Part shown: one piece after another, positions 33,616-41,119 of the stretch
How positions within the stretch are numbered: position 1 is the stretch's first letter
Layout: every line of letters begins with the position of its first letter
Virus record (IMG/VR): IMGVR_UViG_3300016474_000132
Coordinates: 1 to 45,902 of that record
From: a virus
Lineage: Duplodnaviria > Caudoviricetes
Reading direction: 5' to 3' (one strand)
Length of the DNA stretch: 45,902 nucleotides
Position numbers and translations under genes: made by a program
Notes under the pieces: model-generated
Seen by the model: the letters and a program-made list of their open reading frames with translations, nothing else
What the model was told of the DNA's origin: nothing
Database searches by the model: none

Positions 33616-34533
33616 TTACTGCCTCACGTAACCCACTGCCAGAGCTTCGGGTTTGATAACTTTGCTACCGTAAATTTGCAAACCGCGAATAATGTTGCCG
33701 AATGTGGACTCAGCACGGATGCTTTCCATCTCGGTCATCTGCGAGGCGAAGGTCAGACCCATCTTGTGGCCAGCGATGACGTTGAAGCAGCGGTTGCCGC
33801 CGTCGACGACGCTGTTCAGGTTGTGGCTGACGTACAGGGTGAAGCGGTCGATCATGCCGATGCGGCCGTTACGCAGGATGGAGGTGGTGTCACCAGCCAG
33901 CGAAGCATCCTTCAGGTCGGACTTCTTGATCATGCCAGCCATCCAAGCCGGGATCACGATGAAGCGACCAGCTTCAGGAGCGTTGGCCTCGTCCAGCACA
34001 GTGCCCAGGTCGACGATGAAGTCGAGCACGTCAGTCTTCTGGACCTGACGAGCGGCGCCAGTGGTGCCCAGGTTGATGTTCTGAGAAATGCGGCCAGCGG
34101 TAGCGCCACGGTTCAGGGCGCTGATGTCCGGCAGCATGCTGGTCAGGATGTTCTGGTCGATACGGATCTTCATCTTTTCGGATGCGTCCTTGGCCCAGGT
34201 GTCCATCAGGTTGATGTCCGACTGAACCTTGTCCACGTCGTCTTCGATGGCAGCGAAGTACTCGCCTTGGTCGATCAGCAGTTGGATCTTCGGCTTGTCC
34301 GGGCGCTCGACGGTCAGGGTCATGCCCTTCTGGTACGGGCGGATGGTCAGCTCCGGGGTGGTGCGGATGTTGACGGTGTCGCCCATGCGAGAGATCTCGC
34401 CCTCGTAGTCGGTGTTCGAGATCGCTGCCAGAACGGTTGCGTCGTAGAAGTTCTCGATCAGCTTAGCCGCCCAAATTTCCGGGATAAAATTTCCACTGTA
34501 ATTTGCGGCGCCTGCGGCGGTGGGAAATGCCAT
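33616..34533 (-). CDS. major capsid protein (P22 coat-like, HK97 fold)
   Basis: FIPEIWAAKL..FY, NTDYEGEI..GDTVNI, G.IGMIDRFTLYVSHNL, RGLQIYGSKVIKPEAL. Confidence 0.92.
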   Translation of the reverse strand: MAFPTAAGAANYSGNFIPEIWAAKLIENFYDATVLAAISNTDYEGEISRMGDTVNIRTTPELTIRPYQKGMTLTVERPDKPKIQLLIDQGEYFAAIEDDVDKVQSDINLMDTWAKDASEKMKIRIDQNILTSMLPDISALNRGATAGRISQNINLGTTGAARQVQKTDVLDFIVDLGTVLDEANAPEAGRFIVIPAWMAGMIKKSDLKDASLAGDTTSILRNGRIGMIDRFTLYVSHNLNSVVDGGNRCFNVIAGHKMGLTFASQMTEMESIRAESTFGNIIRGLQIYGSKVIKPEALAVGYVRQ

Positions 34534-34565
34534 GATTTTTCCTTAGATAAAAATTGCTACAGCTT

Positions 34566-35600
34566 TCAGAGAACCACTCGGCCCTCGTTTTGCGCTGCGA
34601 AAATGTCACGTTCGAGGCTGGCTGCCTCCTGCTCGCGGCCCTTGTACACGCCACGCTGCTTGTCGGCGTAGAACTTCGTGATGTCTGCACGAGTCCAGCG
34701 CTTCTTCTCAGTCGCCTGCGGCGGAGTGCTACCAGTGGCTGCGCGGCCCGGAGCGATCTGCTTCTCGAGCTGGCTGGCCTTGGCTGCACGCTGCGGAGCG
34801 GGTGCTTGGGCTGCGGAGGGTGCGGCGGCCGGGGCCTGAACACCGATTGCCTGTTTACCCATCGCGAAGATGTTCACCACACGGTCGACGTCCAAAGCGC
34901 GGTGTGCGTCTTCCAGCAGGGTCTGACGGATCTGGCCCGACAGGGGATCTGCGGAAAGCAGCCACTCGTGGAACTTGGTGTTCTCGTTGACCGTCTGCCA
35001 GTCCGGGACGCGGCGGGCCAGGGCGTCATAGAACAGCTCATGCGCGGTCTTGGCCTGCGCGGCTGCGACGTTCTGAACCACAGGAACAACACCCTGGAGC
35101 TGGTCCAGGCGACCCATCAACATCTTGATAGCTTGCGCCAGCGGAGCGATCTCCTCGCGGGAGACGCGGCGGGCAAACTCGACCATGTCATCGCCGTAGC
35201 TGCTACGGTCTTGATCGGTCACATGCGTGGCTGCTTGAGGCATCGAAGCCTCCACACGCGCGTTGCTCAGTTGGGCGACCAGTTGCTCCAGATTCTGGAT
35301 GCGCGAGGACGACTCGTCGAGCTGACGCTTGGTGGCGTTGTACACGCCCTGAAGGGAGCGCCAACGCTGGGCGTAGGTGGTGTTGTTCTCGTCGTCGGAC
35401 GAGGGGGTGACAGCTTGTTGCTGGTGAGATTCAGGAGCGACAGGATCGGGCGTCTGCTCGGCAGCGGGCTCCGGGGTCGGATCTGCTGCGGTCTCAGGGT
35501 CAGCGGTGCCCTCCGGTTCTGTGGAGGCAGGGGCGTTGCGCTGCTCGAGGATGGCTTTCGCCTGCTCGACTTGCTTCTGAAGTTGCTCTGGTAGGCTCAT
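34566..35600 (-). CDS. capsid scaffolding protein
   Basis: Acidic Pro-rich N-terminus, QRWRSLQG, coiled coil, C-terminal IFAAQNEGRV; directly upstream of the MCP. Confidence 0.8.
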   Translation of the reverse strand: MSLPEQLQKQVEQAKAILEQRNAPASTEPEGTADPETAADPTPEPAAEQTPDPVAPESHQQQAVTPSSDDENNTTYAQRWRSLQGVYNATKRQLDESSSRIQNLEQLVAQLSNARVEASMPQAATHVTDQDRSSYGDDMVEFARRVSREEIAPLAQAIKMLMGRLDQLQGVVPVVQNVAAAQAKTAHELFYDALARRVPDWQTVNENTKFHEWLLSADPLSGQIRQTLLEDAHRALDVDRVVNIFAMGKQAIGVQAPAAAPSAAQAPAPQRAAKASQLEKQIAPGRAATGSTPPQATEKKRWTRADITKFYADKQRGVYKGREQEAASLERDIFAAQNEGRVVL

Positions 35601-35625
35601 TTCCTTGCTCTTTCGCTAAGGTCAA

Positions 35626-35823
35626 TCAGGGCTGAAGATGCTGCCGAAGTTCGGTCAGACACTGCACCCGCCCTTTGTAGGTGCTGAAGTGTTCGGGAGA
35701 ACAGAGCGCCATGGATTCCAACTCCGCTTGGCGCAGGCGCGTCAGCAGGTCCAGCAGTTCGGGGAACTGCCGGCTGGCCTGCTTGAGCAGCTTGGCTTCG
35801 TCGGGGTTGAGGGTGATACGCAT
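35626..35823 (-). CDS. small conserved head-module protein
   Basis: 65 aa ending YKGRVQCLTEL; typical small gene before the scaffold. Confidence 0.65.
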   Translation of the reverse strand: MRITLNPDEAKLLKQASRQFPELLDLLTRLRQAELESMALCSPEHFSTYKGRVQCLTELRQHLQP

Positions 35824-35848
35824 GGTGCAGAATTATCGGTTTCAATAG

Positions 35849-35876
35849 ATGATACACCACGCAAATGCCATGTCAA
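35849..35876 (-). promoter_or_regulatory. sigma70-like promoter upstream of the scaffold/capsid genes
   Basis: TTGACA-16 nt-TATCAT in an AT-rich gap. Confidence 0.6.
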
Positions 35877-35921
35877 CAAGTGCGTGAAAAGCGATCAGTG
35901 GCAGGAGCATCAGGAGGGCGT

Positions 35922-36119
35922 TCATCCCAGCTTCCCGTTGCCGCCTAACCAAGCAGCAAGTGCGAGAGTACCCGCCCCAACCAGCCATAAAACCTTGTTG
36001 ACCACGGACTTGCCAATTTGTGTGTACACGCGCTCGATGGCGACCTCGGCGGCTCGTTCTGCGATAGCTTCAATTTGGGCCTCGGTCAGTTGGGGGATGC
36101 TAGTTGAGGTCGGTGCCAT
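35922..36119 (-). CDS. small membrane protein
   Basis: IEAIAERAAEVAIERVYTQIGKSVV plus a C-terminal hydrophobic helix. Confidence 0.7.
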   Translation of the reverse strand: MAPTSTSIPQLTEAQIEAIAERAAEVAIERVYTQIGKSVVNKVLWLVGAGTLALAAWLGGNGKLG

Positions 36120-36134
36120 GTCAGATTCCGTAGG

Positions 36135-36419
36135 TTAGGCCTCAGTCGTTACCGGCACTTCCACCGGCTTCAGATTCAGGCTGTCCAGGGTCGCTTGCAC
36201 ATCCCCGAAATACACCTTGCGCGGCCAAGTGACATCGTTGACCACCTTGGACAGGTCTTCGTCAGTCCACAAGCCAGCGCAAACGTAGTTCGTGGCGACG
36301 GTCGGGTCAGCGCCTTCAGTGGCCTCGTAGAAGCCGCTGTTGAAGCTGCCGGGGAAATCGACTTGTGCAGCGGATTGGTCGGCTGCTGCGATGATGACGG
36401 TTGCTTGGGTGTAAGACAA
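36135..36419 (-). CDS. hypothetical protein (possible fibre chaperone/accessory)
   Basis: TTG start after AAGGAG; 94 aa; follows the head fibre gene. Confidence 0.6.
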   Translation of the reverse strand: MSYTQATVIIAAADQSAAQVDFPGSFNSGFYEATEGADPTVATNYVCAGLWTDEDLSKVVNDVTWPRKVYFGDVQATLDSLNLKPVEVPVTTEA

Positions 36420-36498
36420 TTTGATCTCCTTACGCCGCAACCGAGTGCGGGTTCAAGTTGGCAGGATCAACGCGATTTGTGTAGTAAATCATCAGCAT

Positions 36499-38700
36499 TT
36501 AGAAAGCTCCGGTTTTCTGGTTGAGGTATGTCTCGGTCGATGTGATCTCAGCAGCACTCGCCTGCTTGCCAGCGATGACCATCTGGTACAGCCTGCCGTT
36601 GAACCACAGCGAAGAACCTGCACGAGCGCCGATGTAGAGTGGGTAGTTGCCGAAGTTTCCGGTGCCTTTGTCTCCGGTTCCGTTTGTTCCTGAAACCCCA
36701 TTTACTCGCATAACGGATAAATCATCAGATATATCATGCAAAGCACTAAGAACAGCTGTCACCTGAGCATAATAACCTGATGAATACCCCTCCTGCGCGA
36801 CATTTCCTGTTGCAGCACCGCGAGACGACGTTCCAAATTTCCCTAACGGCTGTGAAGCAAAATAAAACGACCCGTTATATGAATTGAAGTTCTGGCTTAA
36901 TTCCGAAATAATTGCATCAGCATCACTCAACTTCCTCACCCCAGCAGACACAAACATCTTGTCGCCGTAGGTGAAATCAATGCTGTTGGTCTGCAGCCAC
37001 TGATTGGTGCCGTTGAAGCGCAGGTAGGGCTTGAACCCAACGGTGTCGTAGTCTGTTGCTGTGTTGACGCGCTGATAGGCAGGCTGGTTCAGGGCGTCGT
37101 TGGAGACGCGGAGGTCTATGTTACGCACCAAAACACCAGAAGTGCCATCTCCCGTATACGAAACAGTTCCGTTGGCGCTAGCCAAATAGAAGGTTACGTT
37201 GTCAGCGCCTGCCGTTGCTGTCACCGTTAAACTGCAACGGTAGTACCCATCACTAAGCGCCGTAATGGATCGGTCAACAATGACACCACTGGTATTACCT
37301 AAAGCACCTGCGCCGGACAGGTTGAAGTACGAAAAAATACCCCGAGCCTGCAAAACAACCCAAGTTCGACCGTTTGGCTTTATTTCTGCCGTCAGTTTGT
37401 AATCCGCAGCAACATAGGTCAACCCAGATTGGACTGCAACATGCGTACCCCCTGCTGTTGTTTCAGTGATCGAGGTTGCCGTTGCCGTGGTGTTTGTTTT
37501 GACCCAAGCAGCATCATCAAACTGCTCAGTCTTCGTCAGCAAGTTATACCTTGCCGACAGCACCGGGAAGTTCGCCGAGTTGCCAGAGCTGTTGAAGGCG
37601 TGGTTGCCTGGGAGTTCGCGGACGGAGATGTTGTCAAGGGTGATGTTACCCCCGCCGGAATTGGTGTAGACGAAAAACGAGCCGCTTGCCCCCGCCGCGA
37701 TGTAGTAAGTGTTCAGCCCGTTGACTATCGCGCCGCCACCAGAGCCGGGGCCAGTTCCGAAAAAGCTACCAGCGCCGCTGGTGATGGTAGCGTTGAATGA
37801 GACCTTGTAGAACCGGCCAGCCACCGCCCCAATGTTCTGAGAAAACGAACCCCGGTTACTACCATCAGTCCCGACAATCGTGGCTGCACCACTTGAGACA
37901 GTAAACGTGCCAGTACCCGTGCTACTGTTCGTCCAGCCAGTGCCGCCCTGGCTGAAGTCCCCGTTCGTCACCAACTCCGGCCCCAGCACCAACCCCTTGC
38001 GCTTATCCAGCATCAGCCCCACCGGCTGCTCGACAGCAGTGACTGGCGTAGTGCCTGCGGCGTCGAGGTAGAGAACAGGTCGAGGTTGGTAGCTCAGGTA
38101 GTCCTGAACGCCGTCAGTGATGCGTTGGTACGATGTGGCCGTGCTGCCTTGTTCGAGTTGAGCGCCCCAGATGTAAAACGTTTGCAATGCCACAGTATCG
38201 TTGACACCAACGTAATATGTTTGTGTCGTTGCTGGTGTGTATGTAACTGAATATCTAGTTAAACTAGCTGATGGTGTTATAATCGTAGCTGCAAGTGTTT
38301 CACCTCCCGCAGGAGAAACAGAAAATTGTAGTTTTACGTCATTTGTTGGAACATTGACATACGCCGAGAATGTATATGTTATACCCGCAGTAAGCGTTAT
38401 AGCTTGTCCAACGCCAGACCCACCTAAAGTAGCAACAACTTTGGTAACTGTTTGTGTATTGTCTGGTGCTGTAAATGTCGAATCGTTTGCGTAAATTGTA
38501 GCGGAACCACCCCATCTTGTATTCCACGCCGAGTTTGTAAACTGCTCCGAGTACGTCAGCAGATTCCTGCGCCAAGTCAGGTTGGTGTCGCTGGGGTCAT
38601 ACCAGACTCCGGTGGCGGTGCCGGTGAATAGGGCGAGTGGTGAATACGCAGGGACTCGGCCCAAGCGGGTAATGGCAAGCGAGAGAGCCGATAGCTGCAT
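36499..38700 (-). CDS. head spike fibre-like protein with repeated carbohydrate-binding-type modules and a LamG-like C-terminus
   Basis: RNLLTYSEQF / YNLLTKTEQF repeats, IWGAQLEQGSTATSYQ, ELVTNGDFS, PLYIGAR..FNGRLY. Confidence 0.75.
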   Translation of the reverse strand: MQLSALSLAITRLGRVPAYSPLALFTGTATGVWYDPSDTNLTWRRNLLTYSEQFTNSAWNTRWGGSATIYANDSTFTAPDNTQTVTKVVATLGGSGVGQAITLTAGITYTFSAYVNVPTNDVKLQFSVSPAGGETLAATIITPSASLTRYSVTYTPATTQTYYVGVNDTVALQTFYIWGAQLEQGSTATSYQRITDGVQDYLSYQPRPVLYLDAAGTTPVTAVEQPVGLMLDKRKGLVLGPELVTNGDFSQGGTGWTNSSTGTGTFTVSSGAATIVGTDGSNRGSFSQNIGAVAGRFYKVSFNATITSGAGSFFGTGPGSGGGAIVNGLNTYYIAAGASGSFFVYTNSGGGNITLDNISVRELPGNHAFNSSGNSANFPVLSARYNLLTKTEQFDDAAWVKTNTTATATSITETTAGGTHVAVQSGLTYVAADYKLTAEIKPNGRTWVVLQARGIFSYFNLSGAGALGNTSGVIVDRSITALSDGYYRCSLTVTATAGADNVTFYLASANGTVSYTGDGTSGVLVRNIDLRVSNDALNQPAYQRVNTATDYDTVGFKPYLRFNGTNQWLQTNSIDFTYGDKMFVSAGVRKLSDADAIISELSQNFNSYNGSFYFASQPLGKFGTSSRGAATGNVAQEGYSSGYYAQVTAVLSALHDISDDLSVMRVNGVSGTNGTGDKGTGNFGNYPLYIGARAGSSLWFNGRLYQMVIAGKQASAAEITSTETYLNQKTGAF

Positions 38701-38707
38701 AGATGCC

Positions 38708-38962
38708 TCAGTACAGGGCGACGATGAAGGTGGCAGTGGTGCCGGTAGCCAGCACGCGGGTGGCGTTCACCGGGAGGATGGAGCCCACCGGGACGTTCTT
38801 GAACGTGACGCTGGCCGAGTAGCCTGCGGGCATGACCACCACGTCCACATACTGGCCGCCGGCCGGGCCGCCGATGTACAGCGCGCGACAAGTGCCGCTG
38901 GGGATGTTGACCGTGTCGCTGGGGGTGACGGCGACTGCGCCGGCTGCGGGGGATGCGCTCAT
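38708..38962 (-). CDS. head spike base protein (RcGTA Rcc01079-like)
   Basis: SPA..AVAVTPSD..RALYIGG..VTFKNVPVGSILPV..TRVLATGTTAT.IVALY. Confidence 0.8.
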   Translation of the reverse strand: MSASPAAGAVAVTPSDTVNIPSGTCRALYIGGPAGGQYVDVVVMPAGYSASVTFKNVPVGSILPVNATRVLATGTTATFIVALY

Positions 38963-38999
38963 GATTTCTCCTTGCGAGTGTTTTTACCACGCCGGCCGC

Positions 39000-41063
39000 T
39001 TACGCGCCAGCTCCGGTGATCTGGTTGCTGACGGTATTGCTGCCCTTGCCGCCCGAGGGGGCGCCGCCGGGCGCCGAGACCTCAGCTTCTGGGTTGGGAG
39101 TCTGCTGGGCCATGACCGCCGCCTGTTGTTGCTGCGCAGCAGCCTGCATGCCGGCCTGGATGTCGATCTGCTCGTCGGTGGGGACGATGTTGTCCACCGG
39201 CATCGCGAGGCCCTTGGCGACTTCCCGCAGGATCGCTGCGCGACCCTTGGCACCGACGATCTGGGCGTCCAGCGGGTTGGCTGTCGCCTGCAGGAACTCG
39301 ACCCGGCGCACGTTGAGCTGCTCGCGGTTGGCCAGGGTGACAGCGCCACGCGGGATGACCTCGCAGTCGCCCTTGATGGTCATGTCGTCCACGTACTGCA
39401 TGTTCCAGTTGTACTGCGCGGTGACCAGCGGGCCGATGACGTCGAAGTCGATGTGCATCACGGTCTGGCGGATACCCTTGCCAGCGGAGCCCATCAGCAT
39501 GGACAGGCCCGACGCGGTGCGACCCGCGCCGCCCACGGCGCCGTCGCCGTAGACGTACGCCGGGATACCCGACTGCTCATCGGCCATGCGGGCAAACTGC
39601 TGGTACACGGCGAGCAGCGGGCCGCTGCGGTCGTCGGGCTGGTTGAACCGTACTGCCGGCTGGCCGGAGCCCATCGGGTCGGCCACGGTCTGCCACACCT
39701 TCCACGGGAACACCTGGGTGATCTTCTCGCCCTCGGCGAGGCGGTCCACCGAGATCTCGACCTGCGGACCCGAGGCGATGCCCATGTTGTTGGCCAGCGC
39801 CCGCGCGGCGGCGTTGCACATAGCCTGCACGTCCTCGATCAGCTCGGGGATGGACACACCCCACAGCGCGCCCGGGCGCTTGACGCACGAAGTCATTCGG
39901 TACGGCTTGTCGCCCAGCGGGTCGTAGTTGAGCGTGGCCTTGATGACCCACTTGCCCACCACCCACACGCAGGCGTCGTACATGCGCGAGACGTCCGGCA
40001 CCTCTTCGGCGTCGAGGCCGAAGTCGATCAGATCCTGGCCGCTGACGCGACCCCAGAACTCCAGCGCGTCGTACTTGTTGCTGTCCGAGCGCCAGATGTT
40101 GTACTTGTTCTCGAGTTCCGCCTTCGTGTGCTCGGCGCTCCACAGCCACTCGGACGATGCCCCCTCGGCCAGCACCGCCTTGATGGCGCCGTCGTCGTAC
40201 CCCGGCACACCGATGAGGTCGGACAGGTCAGCCTCCGACAGGCGATGGTGCTCGATGCAGTAGCCCTCTTCCAGACGGGTCAGGCCCGGCTCCGGGTAGA
40301 ACCTGAACGGATCCACACGCTGGTAGGTGGGGATGATGCGGTCCTCAGTCTGCGGCACGAACGCGCCGGTCTCGTCCTGAACCCACTCGAGCTGGCGACG
40401 GCGGCGCACCACCGGCCCCTTGACGATCGCTGCCGGGTAGGTCGCGAGGTCGCTGATGAACGCGCTGAAGTTCTCCACCATGCCGCCCTCGGCAAACTGG
40501 TCTTGGATGCGCTTTTTCATCCGCTCGGCGCGGTCAGTGGCCTCGGCCAGCAGCGCCTGCTTCATCTCGTCGCCGAGCTGTTCCTGCATCTGCTCCATGA
40601 CCATGGGGTCCAGCGGGATGCCGCTCTGGATCGCTCCGATGACCTTCTGCCCCATGGCGGCGGTGATGCGCTCTTCGTAGTCTGGCGGCATCTCGGGGAC
40701 GTGCGTGGGCTTCAGGTCGAACGGCACCATACCCTCATCGAGCAGGATGTCGCGCAGCCACGACTCAGCGCCACGGCATTTCGTCTCCGTGACCATCATG
40801 AAGATCTCGGAGCCACCGGTCTCGCGGATCTGCGCGAGCTTGTCGGCCTCGTACTCACCTCGGCGCTGTCGCAGCGCCTTGAGCATGATGCGCTCGATCG
40901 GCTGCTTGGCATCGCGTGCCGCCTCCCAGCACTTGCGCACATGCGAGGCGAGCCCGGTGAGCACCGGGATCTGTTGGCGAAGCGCAGCGTCACGAGCCTC
41001 CTGCGCGGCGGTATCCTCTGCGGTTAGCTGCGCGTTGGACTTGATGACGACGAGACCTGCCAT
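39000..41063 (-). CDS. portal protein
   Basis: 687 aa directly after TerL; VDPFRFYPEP, LWGVSIPE, RTASGLSMLM. Confidence 0.9.
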   Translation of the reverse strand: MAGLVVIKSNAQLTAEDTAAQEARDAALRQQIPVLTGLASHVRKCWEAARDAKQPIERIMLKALRQRRGEYEADKLAQIRETGGSEIFMMVTETKCRGAESWLRDILLDEGMVPFDLKPTHVPEMPPDYEERITAAMGQKVIGAIQSGIPLDPMVMEQMQEQLGDEMKQALLAEATDRAERMKKRIQDQFAEGGMVENFSAFISDLATYPAAIVKGPVVRRRRQLEWVQDETGAFVPQTEDRIIPTYQRVDPFRFYPEPGLTRLEEGYCIEHHRLSEADLSDLIGVPGYDDGAIKAVLAEGASSEWLWSAEHTKAELENKYNIWRSDSNKYDALEFWGRVSGQDLIDFGLDAEEVPDVSRMYDACVWVVGKWVIKATLNYDPLGDKPYRMTSCVKRPGALWGVSIPELIEDVQAMCNAAARALANNMGIASGPQVEISVDRLAEGEKITQVFPWKVWQTVADPMGSGQPAVRFNQPDDRSGPLLAVYQQFARMADEQSGIPAYVYGDGAVGGAGRTASGLSMLMGSAGKGIRQTVMHIDFDVIGPLVTAQYNWNMQYVDDMTIKGDCEVIPRGAVTLANREQLNVRRVEFLQATANPLDAQIVGAKGRAAILREVAKGLAMPVDNIVPTDEQIDIQAGMQAAAQQQQAAVMAQQTPNPEAEVSAPGGAPSGGKGSNTVSNQITGAGA

Positions 41064-41119
41064 GGCGTAGTGTGGGTGTGGTTATCCTGCCCGGATTCTA
41101 CACACCCTGTACGGAATTG

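Noticed and set aside
36499-38700. Diversity-generating retroelement target
   Set aside because: No reverse transcriptase and no TR/VR pair differing at adenines was seen.
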